A DNA stretch of 64,000 bases, taken from positions 124,001 through 188,000 of the forward strand of contig NIVC01001568.1 in NCBI GenBank assembly GCA_002269645.1, read 5' to 3'. This document shows positions 1 to 33,855 of this stretch, one piece after another. Position 1 is the first letter of the stretch, and each line of letters opens with the position of its first letter. The DNA comes from Macrostomum lignano (taxonomy: Eukaryota). Under the pieces are notes generated by a model. That model saw only the letters and a list, made by a program, of their open reading frames with translations. It ran no database searches and had not been told where the DNA came from. A program made the position numbers and the translations under genes.

Positions 1-470
1 TAGCGCCGATTTTGCACCATTGGTAACTTCGCAAACTGATTTGATAGATTGATCGACTGAGAACTGCCTTGCCATTGGTCCACTGTGACCGGCGCCTACT
101 AGCTTAGCTACTCATCTGAGCCGTCGGCGTACAAAGAAATAAAACTGTCAGATTTCACCTTCTCATCGGATCGCTTCACAACTTCAGATTGAATCGGAGT
201 ATCAGACTACTAACAGTAGCTCGTATTATTGAATGATTTCTGCCTCAATAACAGCACTACTGAACAAAATGAGCAAAAGTGTGCGCCTAATCCAGCTACT
301 GAAATAGGGGACAGATAAGGAATCACCCGATCAAGCAAGTCTAGGCAGCCTCTCACCCAACCAATCAGAAACTCAACAGCCGGAGACCAGGTAATCCACA
401 GTGACCGAATCGGCTTAGTGCTTCGCAGCTGTAGGCCGGGGGATGATGATGTTGCAGTCTTCGCTGATAG

Positions 471-21776
<21,306 letters not shown>

Positions 21777-22234
21777 CAACGGCCAGAAAGCCTTGAGACT
21801 GAGATATTTGGGCTGCAATAATTCCAGGAAACAAGAAACAACTCGGCTTTGCGATTCAGAGTCCCAGTTCTGCTAAATACCGAGCTCCCAACTCTCAGCG
21901 CCACCGAACTGCCAGCTCTCTATTGGCGGAGAGCTGCTCAGCCAATCAGAGCCGTTCGCTCAGTTTGGCCAGCTTGATTGAGCCGCTCATGGCACCGCAG
22001 CTCCGAGTTGAGCAGAACAGCTCCTTTGAGGTGGCGCCAAGACCAGCAAAAGGCCTCTATAAAGAAATTATTTTAGTTTTCCCACAAAATATGAAAATTT
22101 AATTATAATTTTCTATGGAATTTATCGGGATATATTCGAATATTTGCCTTTTATTAAGAAATTTCCAGTTGTATTTGAATACGAAATTTCGTTTATTAGC
22201 GCATTTTTCTTCAAGATCGAATGACTATGTGTAG

Positions 22235-23570
22235 CTGCACAACTCAGTCACTCTCTGCACAGCTCAGTCACTCTCTGCACAACTCAGTCACTCTCTGCAC
22301 AGCTCAGTCACTCTCTGCACAACTCAGTCACTCTGCACAACTCAGTCACTCTCTGCACAACTCAGTCACTCTCTGCACAACTCAGTCACTCTCTGCACAA
22401 CTCAGTCACTCTCTGCACAACTCAGTCACTCTATCTGCACTGCTCAATGACTCTATCTGCACTACTCAGTCACTCTAGTTATAAAGCTCAGTCACTCTAG
22501 TTATAAAACTCAGTCACTCTAGTTATAAAACTCAGTCACTCTAGTTATAAAGCTCAGTCACTCTAGTTATAAAGCTCAGTCACTCTAGTTATAAAACTCA
22601 GTCACTCTAGTTGTAAAACTCAGTCACTCTAGTTGTAAAACTCAGTCACTCTAGTGTTGGGCTGCGCCCTTCCAGTGCGCATGTACTCGTACTTGTGTAT
22701 CAATTTTGCTTGCCATCCCGCCCCGTCCCCCGTCTCGCGCCCGGGCCAGGGTTTGTGAGAGGCGTAAGTCTCAACCCTGGCCTAGCCCTTTGCACCCAGC
22801 ACCCAGCCCCCGGCCCAACCTCTGTCCAATCTGGGTGCCGACCCTACCCCCTCCCTGGTTGCCCGCCTCACCCTGGGGCTGCGCGTATTGGCTGGCTGGC
22901 TGATAAGCCGGCTGGGCCCCAGGGTTTGGCTCGCCCTCTCCAGTCTGCCCCACCCCTTCCCCCTTTTTTGTGTATTATTTAAATGCTAGCCCTGAGCGGG
23001 CTGCGCTCCACGTTTTTTCTCTATAGTATTGGTGTCCGCTCGTTGTTCATCTGCACTTTGCTCGTTCGTCTGCATTCTGCTTGTTCGTTCGCTTAACTGT
23101 TGTGATCGCTTGCGATTTGTTCGATCAAACTGTCTGCTCTCGGCCAATAAATACTTCGTTAAATTCCAAGTATCTGACTGGAGAGGTGAGCTCGAGCTTT
23201 CGTTCTTCTGGGTTGCCGCGTGGGACCGGGATCTGCAGGAACCTGGGAACGGTGAACTCTCGCCGATCCCAGGGTGTTCGGTCAGGCGAACTCTCGCCGA
23301 ACCGAGCGAGACAGGGTAGGAATAGCCGGGGTGAGGGCTGGGACCGGGGTGTCTCAGGCGGGGAAGGCCCGAACCTTGACCCGTCCATCGGCCTAGCGGC
23401 CATTAGGCCGAGACACAACACTAGTTATAAAACTCAGTCACTCTAGTTGTAAAACTCAGTCACTCTAGTTGTAAAGCTCAGTCACTCTAGTTGTAAAACT
23501 CAGTCACTCTCGTTATAAAGCTCAGTCACTCCAGTTGTAAAGCTCAGTCACTCTAGTTGTAAAACTCAGC
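22235..23570. repeat. Compound minisatellite: 20-bp ACTCAGTCACTCTCTGCACA then 22-bp ACTCAGTCACTCTAGTTATAAA, interrupted by a solo LTR
   Basis: The two unit types share the core ACTCAGTCACTCT; the array resumes at 23421 after the insertion. Confidence 0.9.
22655..23420. mobile_element. Solo LTR (766 bp), probably Gypsy-type
   Basis: Begins TGTTG and ends CAACA; flanked by the 4-bp direct repeat CTAG (22651-22654, 23421-23424); inserted cleanly into a tandem array; no coding content. Confidence 0.85.
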
Positions 23571-24017
23571 CAGCTGAACGCCTCCCAGGCTGCAGCGCTT
23601 CAGCTCCGGTTGAATGGCGCGCGAGTCAATCTTGAGCACGAAGCTGCGGCCCAGCACGAAGTCAACAATGTAGATTCGAACCCCGGTGAGCAGCTCCCGG
23701 GGCACCAGGTTGGAGTTCGGGAGGCAGCGCTCGCAGTAGAACAGCTTGCAGTGGTGCGGGTCCACCTCGTACTGGAAGTGCTGAATCTTCAGGCAGAACT
23801 TCTCCAGCAGGTTGAACACGGTGTCCACCTCCTGGTCGATCCACAGGTCCGCCACCAGCATGCCGCAGTACTCGTAGGCGTCCACCGTCTCCCAGCAGCA
23901 CTCGCGCATCAGAAAGAACTTCTCGCTGTTCTTCAGCTTCGACCGCGCCTCGATGTTGTCCTCGACGAAGTAGCGATCAACCACCTCCTCCACGGTGTCA
24001 GCGTCTGCCATCATCAT
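23553..24017 (-). CDS. Uncharacterised 154-aa protein with a C-x3-YC-x2-C motif; 3' end runs into the minisatellite
   Basis: Strong GC3 codon bias like the host exons; ..HHCKLFYCERC..; in-frame acceptor TTACAG at ~24042. Confidence 0.6.
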   Translation of the reverse strand: MMMADADTVEEVVDRYFVEDNIEARSKLKNSEKFFLMRECCWETVDAYEYCGMLVADLWIDQEVDTVFNLLEKFCLKIQHFQYEVDPHHCKLFYCERCLPNSNLVPRELLTGVRIYIVDFVLGRSFVLKIDSRAIQPELKRCSLGGVQLAEFYN

Positions 24018-24226
24018 GACGGAGGTGAACTCATAATCAAGCTGTAATGAGAATCGACAGCAACTGAGTTGATAATCAGGTAATCAGTAATCAGGTAATT
24101 ATTGCTTGAAGTATGATTGATGGATGCCTATTGAATGTGTTGCAGTGCTTCAAGCCCGCCAAAGTGTCTGTGGTAAAAAGGATAAAATTACAGAAAATTA
24201 ATGCAAGAATGAAAGCTAACGCAACC

Positions 24227-24463
24227 AGTTCTATAATTAGCATCTGGAGTGGAAACGAGTTTTTCATTTTACCTCATGAGGCCACGCAGTTTTAATTATA
24301 AAACTCATTTAGTATTTTTGCGAGTAGCATAGACAGTCAGCCAGAGTCATAGACATTCAGTGCTGGCCATTGTGGTGAAAATTACGGTATCTCAACAATT
24401 TGCGTGGCCTCCTGGTGTAAAAGTGGAAAACTCGTTTCCACTCCAGATGCTATTTATAGAACT
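24227..24463. mobile_element. MITE-like element with ~63-bp imperfect terminal inverted repeats
   Basis: AGTTCTATAATTAGCATCTGGAGTGGAAACGAG.. at left and ..CTCGTTTCCACTCCAGATGCTATTTATAGAACT at right. Confidence 0.75.
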
Positions 24464-24789
24464 CCTTGGCAAAAGTAAACTTACAGAGTTGGCTTACAGG
24501 ATTTTATGAAGGAAAGTGTCGTCCATGGGCCAACCTGGGCCGGGGTTGAGTGGAATCTCAAGAGGCAGAAATCAGACTGAGTACAGAACCGGGGGCTTCC
24601 ACTTTGAGACAGTTTTTAGCTGGTAATTTTTGCCTTACTGTAGCATTTCGCGAAAACTCTAGCAAAGGAAAATAAACAAAGGCACAAAAATGCAGACTGA
24701 ATGATCAACGTCCTGACAAAACATCCAACATTGTTGACTGAGAGAAGCACGCCGGTCGTAAATCGGCAGAAGGCGGAAGCCATTAATGC

Positions 24790-25500
<711 letters not shown>

Positions 25501-26333
25501 ATCAAAGCCAAGTATGCAGTAATATTAATTGCACCTTGACTCGATTCTGTTGTAAACAATTATTTTTAAGCCACTGTTTGGCTTACTGCTTTTCATGATC
25601 TCCTATCAAATTCTGAGCTTTTAACGTTCGAATTCGTGCCACAATAAACCGTAAAATTTATGACGTCAAATCGGGTTTTTCTAAACTCAACTCTCAGTTG
25701 CAAAGGATTGCCTGAATTCTTTCTGGCATGACTTTGAACTGATTCGCTGTTTTTTGGGCTTTAGACGAGAATTTTAATTCACCGTTCGTTTTTCGAATAA
25801 TCATAATTGCATTTCTATATCTGTTAAAACAAAGTTAGCGCAAATTTATTGATTTGACGATTTTCGGCACAGTCCATGGCATTTATATGTTGCAGCATAT
25901 AATTTTAAAGCGACTCCGGCTATCCAAATATATTTGTCTGTTGTGGTCGTGACTACACACTACGGCTCATAATTGGGTCACAGGTTTTTGTAACTGAAAT
26001 TTGCTGCAACCAATTATTTTATATAATTTGTCTATGCAGAAATTGCATTTTATAAATTAAATAAAATTCTGGAATCAAAGAAATCATGCCTTTTTGCTAC
26101 TGTCAGTAGACACAACAAATTTAGTAAATATTTTAAATCAAAAAATCAAGAAATCGGTAGATATTTTTTAGTTATATTAATCATTGAGTTAAGTACAGGT
26201 GCACTACGAAATTGATTTATGAAGCGATTTGGGCAGGTGATTAAAACTGGTTGCTAATAACTACTAACTATTCTGATTGTAACGAGAAAAGCTCAGCAAA
26301 TGAACTCGTCAAAGTGGCAGTTTCGATAGGATT

Positions 26334-26730
26334 TCAGCTGGCCGGGCACTGCCGCCCGCCCATGACGGGCTGCACCACCTTCTTCTTGCAGACGAACCGG
26401 GCCCGGGTGTGACAGGGCACCGTTTTGATCTCCTCGTCCTGCAGCAGCACGCAGTTCGTCACCTGGTCATCGGAGGGGCTGCCCGTCTGCCAGGCTGGGA
26501 AGTCCTGGTAGTCGCTGCTGCGGTCGGACCAGCGGTAGCAAATTTTCTTGCCGGTTGAGAAGTCCACGCGGCAGGGGTTGAGCTTGAGCAGGCCGATCCA
26601 AGTGTCGAATGGGCAGCCGCGGCTCTCGATGTCCAACAGGCTCATCGCCCGGAGCTCCTGGTTGCTGTGCAGCGAGGCGACGAAGGCATTGCGACCGCTG
26701 CAAAGGGGAATGCGGGAATCTGATATTCTT

Positions 26731-26803
<73 letters not shown>

Positions 26804-26820
26804 GTGTCTGTCTGTCTGTG

Positions 26821-26855
<35 letters not shown>

Positions 26856-26910
26856 GTGTCTGTCTGTCTGTGTGTCTGTCTGTCTGTCTGTCTGTGTGTC
26901 TGTCTGTCTG

Positions 26911-26984
<74 letters not shown>

Positions 26985-27021
26985 GTGTCTGTCTGTGTGT
27001 CTGTCTGTGTGTCTGTCTGTG

Positions 27022-27090
<69 letters not shown>

Positions 27091-27765
27091 TGCCCTGCAG
27101 CTCCCTCACCGGCAGTAGAAGTCGGCCTCAATGTAGGTGGCCTCGAACCGTGGCATTGTGTAGCAGTAGCCGTTCAACTGTTGCCAGCCGTTCGGACAGT
27201 CGCAGGTTCGATTCCTCTCCGGCGTTTTCACCTTGCACACGTAGGGATGCCGGTCGTGATAGACCCTGTTGATCCACTGCAGGTTTTCTGCGGAAATCAG
27301 CGGATAGTGAATATCCGGGATGCGGCTGAAGTTGTGCGGCGGGACAAAGTTGGTCATGATGGAGCGGTCGGTCCACCGGTAGTTGCTCGGCTGGTCCAGC
27401 AGGTCCAAGTTCACCGCGTAGTAACCGAGCCAGGTGCTGCGGCAGTAGGTCAGCTTGGCGATGAAGGAGTCCTCGAACATGGAGGTGACGCTGGCCAGGT
27501 GGCCGTCAAACTGGTCGACGCAGCGGCGTTCGGCCGGCTCCCAGTACTCGGAGCGGTTGCCAGACCACCAGTAGCAGTAGTCGCCGAAGCGCACCCACTC
27601 GGAGCCCTGCGAGCACAGCTCGAAGAAGGCGGTCCGCTCGGTGGAGGCCCTGCTGGTGGCTGCCGGCTTGCTAGCGCCGACGGCCACAGCCAGCAGGGAC
27701 GCCAGAAGTAGCAGCAGCAGCCGCTGCGGCCCCGCGGTCTGTGGGGCTTCGATCTTGTTCGACAT
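26334..27765 (-). CDS. Secreted C-type lectin with two CTLDs; join(27110-27765, 26334-26697)
   Basis: Signal peptide [16 protein letters not shown]; [23 protein letters not shown]; [30 protein letters not shown]. The GT-AG intron 26698-27109 is filled with (GACA)n and splices in frame (YCR|[11 protein letters not shown]). Confidence 0.9.
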
Positions 27766-28309
27766 GGCTTGCTGTTCGAGCTAATCTCGGTGTGTCAGTC
27801 CGTCTCGAATATCTGACTGGCCTGAAAACCTCTCTTATTTATAGAACTCAGATATCCGTACACTTGCCCGTGAATATCCGCCTGCGACGCCAGAGGGGGG
27901 GGGGCGGAGACGGATTTTACTGCGGATTGAAAATGATTAAAGCTGCTCGGGCCGCCGCCCCCTCGCCTGTATAGTCAGTGGTTTCTAGCCGAGCGCAACT
28001 GTCTGTTATCTGCTTGGAAACAGAAAAGCAGCAATGTAGAAAAGCACAAGAAAAGCAAATCTGGCACTCAGCTGTCATTCGCCGTGGAAAAAAACAGAAT
28101 TCCTAAGGATAATCGAGACAGCACAAGGTCCTTGATGTTCGTTCTATTTTAACTTCTGATTCAATACTCGTATTTTTAATGCTCTTTTTATTAACAATTT
28201 TACGTCATCTTCCTTACGCTGTCCCCCAATTGTCCTTGACAAGCTCTTTTATTAGAAGTGGCGATGGAAATTGCCACCTGAGACATCGAAAAACTTCCTG
28301 TTTGAGGCG

Positions 28310-29190
28310 CCAATTTGTGCAGTTTGACATGACAATCAGTGCAGTTTGACATGAAAATCGGTGCTGTTTGACATGACAATTAGTGCAGTTTGACATGAAA
28401 ATCGGTGCTGTTTGACATGACAATCAGTGCAGTTTGACATGACAATCAGTGCAGTTTGACATGAAAATCGGTGCAGTTTGACATGACAATTAGTGCAGTT
28501 TGACATGACAATTAGTGCTGTTTGACATGACAATCAGTGCAGTTTGACATGACAATCAGTGCAGTTTGACATGAAAATCGGTGCTGTTTGACATGACAAT
28601 TAGTGCAGTTTGACATACCAATCAATGCAGTTTGACATGACAATCAGTGCAGTTTGACATGACAATTAGTGCAGTTTGACATGACAATTAGTGCAGTTTG
28701 ACATGACAATTAGTGCAGTTTGACATGATAATTAGTGCAGTTTGACATGACAATCAGTGCAGTTTGACATGACAATTAGTGCAGTTTCACATGACAATCA
28801 GTGCAGTTTGACATGACAATTAGTGCAGTTTCACATGACAATTAGTGCAGTTTGACATGACAATTAGTGCAGTTTGACATGACAATTAGTGCAGTTTGAC
28901 ATGACAATCAGTGCAGTTTGACATGATAATTAGTGCAGTTTGACATGACAATCAGTGCAGTTTGACATGACAATTAGTGCAGTTTGACATGACAATCAGT
29001 GCAGTTTGACATGACAATTAGTGCAGTTTGACATGACAATCAGTGCAGTTTGACATGACAATCAGTGCAGTTTGACATGACAATCAGTGCAGTTTGACAT
29101 GACAATTAGTGCAGTTTGACATGACAATTAGTGCAGTTTGACATGACAATTAGTGCAGTTTGACATGAAAATCGGTGCTGTTTGACATGC
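28310..29190. repeat. 22-bp minisatellite (GTGCAGTTTGACATGACAATTA), ~40 copies
   Basis: Tandem units visible. Confidence 0.95.
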
Positions 29191-29539
29191 CTACTAAACT
29201 TAACATCTCAGAGATTTTCTCGGCAGCTTGACACGCCACATTCAGCAGCCGCACGAATTGAAGCTTCTAATATCTCAAGTTAAACATTTGGTTCAGTACA
29301 AGGTGCTCTTCGTGATCTCATTTTCAACAGTCGTATTTTTAGAAAGCAGGTGAACAGCAATCTCCAAGCTCACGGATTTAATCTTATCTGTCAAGCCTCT
29401 CATTTAGCCGCGCCATTTCGCTGTAGCAACACTCGCATGTGTGTGTGCCGTACGGGCAGCCTGTCAAGCCTTCGTGCAGCTTTTTATAGTTAGACGATTG
29501 GCAATGGAATTCATAAATTGTGTTAGTTGGGTTTATGAT

Positions 29540-30008
29540 TCAGATCCTCAGTTGCTGGGCCAGCCTCTCGGATCCTCAGTTGCTGGGCCAGCCTCTCGGA
29601 TCCTCAGTTGCTGGGCCAGCCTCCCAGATCCTCAGTTGCTGGGCCAGCCTCCCGGATCCTCAGTTGCTGGGCCAGCCTCCAAAATCCTCAGTTGCTGGGC
29701 CAGCCTCTTAGATCCTCAGTTGCTAGGCTAGCCTCCCAGATCCTCAGTTGCTGGGCCAGCCTCCCAAATCCTCAGTTGCTAGGCTAGCCTCCCAGATCCT
29801 CAGTTGCTGGGCCAGCCTCCCAAATCCTCAGTTGCTGGTCCAGCCTCCCAGATCCTCAGTTGCTGGGCCAGCCTCCCAGATCCCCAGTTGCTGGGCCAGC
29901 CTCCCAGATCCTCAGTTGCTGGGCCAGCCTCCCAGATCCTTAGTTGCTGGGCCAGTGCCAGCCTCCTAGATCCTCAGTTGCTGGTCCAGCCTCCCAGATC
30001 CTCAGTTC
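29540..30008. repeat. 28-bp minisatellite (GATCCTCAGTTGCTGGGCCAGCCTCCCA), ~16 copies
   Basis: Tandem units visible. Confidence 0.94.
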
Positions 30009-30239
30009 CCACTAGCAGTCGGACCTACTAAGAAATTCGCAGTTTCCCATCATCGGAAACCCAGACTCAGCAATCTAGTTCCAGGTCTCACTCTCAGGTA
30101 CTTGTACTAATGTAAAATTAACAAAGACTGCTAAAATCAAAAGTTTAGTAAAAAACAAAAAGGAACTGAAATGAAGCAGCTCGAAGGCTGTGTCCTCTAA
30201 TTGAATAATATTGCGAGCATTTAAATATTGGCATCGGCT

Positions 30240-30776
30240 TCAGGCCTCCGGCTGGTCAGTGCTTGACTTGAAGTCTCTCTCGAACCACTTCATGGACCAG
30301 TACGGCAGCAGGCCCAGCTCAGTGGAGGCGACGTTCTGCGCCTGCGGCAGCACAGACAGCAGCGCCACGGGCTTGCTGCTGGACGGGTGCCGCAGGCACA
30401 GCAGGTACTCGCGCCCGACTTCGTAGGCCAGAGGCTCCTCTGGGTTGTGCGCCGGCGCCTCGTACACCTTCTGCGGCGCCGGCTGGTCGTCGCTGCCGTC
30501 GCTAGCCTGGCGCTGGGGCATCAGGTAGATGAGCAGCTGGGTGTTGTCCTCCTCGGCCAGGCCGACCACATTCAGCGGCTGCAGCTTGCATTCGGCCAGG
30601 TCGAACGAAAGCCGAACTTCGTAGTCTTCTGGATCGTTGGGCGAAGGAACTCGGACAACGTGCTGCTGCTGCTGCGGCTGGCCGTCCGTGGAGCTGTTGT
30701 TGCCGACCGGCTGGACAACCAGAAATCCCAGCGGCTTTGACTGACCGCCGAGCAGAGAGCGGAATCGCTTCAGCAT
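30240..30776 (-). CDS. Uncharacterised 178-aa protein
   Basis: Uninterrupted non-repetitive ORF with GC3-rich codons and AT-rich flanks; no family recognised. Confidence 0.65.
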   Translation of the reverse strand: MLKRFRSLLGGQSKPLGFLVVQPVGNNSSTDGQPQQQQHVVRVPSPNDPEDYEVRLSFDLAECKLQPLNVVGLAEEDNTQLLIYLMPQRQASDGSDDQPAPQKVYEAPAHNPEEPLAYEVGREYLLCLRHPSSSKPVALLSVLPQAQNVASTELGLLPYWSMKWFERDFKSSTDQPEA

Positions 30777-30984
30777 GCTTTCTTTGCTTGGCTTCTGCTG
30801 CTGAGAGTCCTGGCTGCTAAAATCTGCCGAGGCGCTGTTTCCGCTCTGCTACTTGATATTAAGGCGGGTTTTGACATAGACTAAAGTGGGCGATAGGTAA
30901 ACAGTGCACTTTTCAAGCAGAGCACTAAATTTATGCGATTTTAAGGGGGTAGGGCGCCAATGCTTGCTTACTGAATGAGCGCCA

Positions 30985-31510
30985 GTGTCTCTTGGTGGGC
31001 ACCCCTGTTTGCGCCCCCTGTCTCTTGGTGGGCACCCCTGTTTGGCGCCCCCTGTCTCTTGGTGGGCACCCCTGTTTGGCACCCCCTGTCTCTTCGTGGG
31101 AGCCCGTGTCTCTTGGTGGGCACCCCTGTTTGGCGCCCCCTGTCTCTTGGTGGGCACCCCTGTTTGGCGCCCCCTGTCTCTTCGTGGGAGCCCCTGTCTC
31201 TTGGTGGGCACCCCTGTTTGGCACCCCCTGTCTCTTCGTGGGAGCCCGTGTCTCTTGGTGGGCACCCCTGTTTGGCGCCCCCTGTCTCTTGGTGGGCACC
31301 CCTGTTTGGCGCCCCCTGTCTCTTCGTGGGAGCCCCTGTCTCTTGGTGGGCCCCCTGTTTGGCGCCCCCTGTCTATTCTTGGGAGCCCCTGTCTCTTCGT
31401 GGGAGCCCCTGTCTCTTGGTGGGCGCCCCTGTCGCTTGGTGAGTGTCCCTGTCTCTTGGTAGGCCCCCCGGCTCTTGGTGAGTGCCCCAGTCTCTTCGTG
31501 GAATCCCTGC
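30985..31510 (-). repeat. Minisatellite of the ACCAAGAGACAGGGG family (inverted relative to 12110-12515)
   Basis: Units such as CCCCTGTCTCTTGGTGGGCACCCCTGTTTGGCG. Confidence 0.9.
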
Positions 31511-31519
31511 CTCTTGGTG

Positions 31520-31569
31520 GGATGCTCGGCATGGATGCCACAGGAACTTTCGTTAGTTTAGGTCCAACT
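31520..31569 (-). pseudogene. Relic 5' end of a third WSC-PAN paralogue's PAN exon
   Basis: Encodes (V)GPKLTKVPVASMPSI, identical to the copies at ~39770-39818 and ~45595-45643; starts at the same CAG|TTGGA acceptor. Confidence 0.8.
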
Positions 31570-31579
31570 GACTTGTTTG

Positions 31580-32250
31580 ATTTAGCTGCAGGGTGGTCCG
31601 TAGACACAGCGGGGAGGCGAGGGTCGCCCATTCCGCCAGCCCCTGAAGGCCCGCAGACAGGCAGAGGCATGGGGCCGGTCAGGGTGGTCCGCCGGTCCGT
31701 CCTGCAGCGTGATCTTCCGTTGGGAAGAAACTGGCTCGTCTAGTCGCCCGAAGGAACTGGATGAGCCGTGAGATGCTGTCGGGCTGGCAGACCTCGTCAA
31801 TGGACGGGTTCGGCCCGAGGTAGCGTAGCCGGTCTCTGGTAAAGAAAGGGCAGTGACAGACAAAGTGCTGAGCATCTTCATTGTCGCACTCGCAAAAGGG
31901 GCAAAGTTCACTTTCGAGGTCGCCTCGGAGGAAGCAGTGCCTGGCGAGGTAGCCATGATCGGTAGCCATGACATGGGCTCGAATATCCTTCCGATTTTGG
32001 TTCAGAGGACGTTTCTGAGCCTGCGAGAGGGGCACGGAACCGCGGCACGGGATTGCCGGCAGTTTTGGATGCCCACCCATCTGTCCCTGTGGAGGGAATC
32101 AGCCCAGGATCTGACGATTGATGACCGTCGAAGAGATAGGGACCAGGGGAACAGGGCCAGAGAAAGTGTCAGAGCCGCCCCTCTTGGCGAGGGTGTCGGC
32201 CAGCTCGTTCCCCGGAAACCCTGCGTGCCCTGGGATCCACTTCAGCCTGC
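31580..32250 (-). mobile_element. 5'-truncated non-LTR retrotransposon 3' end (RNase H C-terminus + CCHC finger; I-group-like)
   Basis: Minus strand WIPGHAGFPGNELADTLAKRG (~32240-32180), then GYLARH..CPFCECDNEDAQHFVCHCP..LIQFLRATRR; contains stop/frameshift. Confidence 0.85.
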
Positions 32251-33855
32251 CAGTATTGCTACTGCCAAAATGTAGTTTGTGTTTCGCAATTCCATCATTT
32301 TCTTCAGTTTGTTATGTCGTGTCGTCTACGAGCTATTGTAAGGGAAAGATTTTCTTAGAAAGACAAATAAGCTTTAGGTTCGTGTTCAGAACTGTTTCTT
32401 TTACTATCAGTAGACTATCAGTCGTCAGACAGGCTCACATCGGCAATTAGGCAGCAGCTGAATCTCTGTCGCACAGCTATTTATTTCATAAAATTCTTTG
32501 TCTGCATCAGTTCCGGCTCTTACCCCCCAGCCGTATTGCTTCATGAGCCTGCAAATATCAGCTTGTTGAGAATTCACTGAGCTTTCATGCAGCTTTCCCA
32601 GTTCAGCTCAAAGACAGCTCTGATGACAGATGAAGCAGTGAGTCCTTAAGCTAAGCAAAATATTGTTTCCGTGACTACATAATAGAACAAGAAGTGCTCC
32701 TGACCAGGTGATCAGGTTTGGCAGCCAATTGTTGCATCTGGTGTGATGTCTCGTTTCTCGAGAATTCAGCCGAAAACAGAGTACGCACCACTAAGGGCGA
32801 CAACCCCGCGCTGATATTTCACATCCAATCATGAATTATTACGCGATCGATAAATTTAGCAACAAGAAAAGGTTTTAATTATTTGCATAACATTTACTTG
32901 ACGCCTACTTGCAGTAGAGTAGTAAGAAAATAAACCCCTAATGTTATTTAGTAAAACGGCTCTTTTAAGGGCTCTTTGTCACGACACAACCTCCGGGTCG
33001 GTGTGCAGCTAGCACAGACGAGTCGCAACTCATGCCCGAGATGTCCGACACTGGACCGCTCGCTCACGCTGGTTTCCTTGGGTTTTGGAGCAAGCTGATA
33101 CAGCTGCGTACTAACAAGCGTCAAATCTGCTTAACTTGCTGCGCCGGCTGGGTTGGGTGGCCACAAAAGTACATACGACATAAACGTATGTTTTCTGGGT
33201 TTTAAATATACGAGCAACTGGCATCTGGATTGTCTTTGCCTTCTGAAATATCATGACTTTTGAGCACTGTACGAGCGTATCGCTAGGTGCCTTTAGACAG
33301 AGGCTAACATTCCCAGCATGAAGCAGGCACCTTAGTGTCATTTTCAAGGATGTATTAAGCCTCATTAAGGAGGCTAATTACGACCGAAGGGGGTTGATAG
33401 TGAGGTCCAGAAATCAATTTTGGACATCGAATTTCCACAAAATAATTGCTCTGAAATTTTACATCTTCGGTCCCTTGATTTGTCCCAGGGAATTTATTGA
33501 ATGATATTTAGATTTTGTTTAAATGCATTTTTTCTCTGCATTTGATACCCAATTCAAGTACTTAAATGTTTAACATTTTCGTTTTTTTGCAAATATCTCG
33601 AAAACTTTGCATACAAACCTATTGTGAAAATACCGGCATGCACTACATCCATCAATTATCTACAAAATGACACCTTTCATGCACGGATGGGTTGAAAAAT
33701 AAGGAACTAACCAATCACACCCCAACAGCAAAGGAGACGAACAGCAGCCAGGCAAATGTCTATGGCCGAAGCAGCGCGAGAGGTGGGTAAAGCGACCCCA
33801 ACCCCGAAAAAGGAGGAGAAAGGAGAGAACAGGGGGGATAAAAGCAAGCAGGCAG

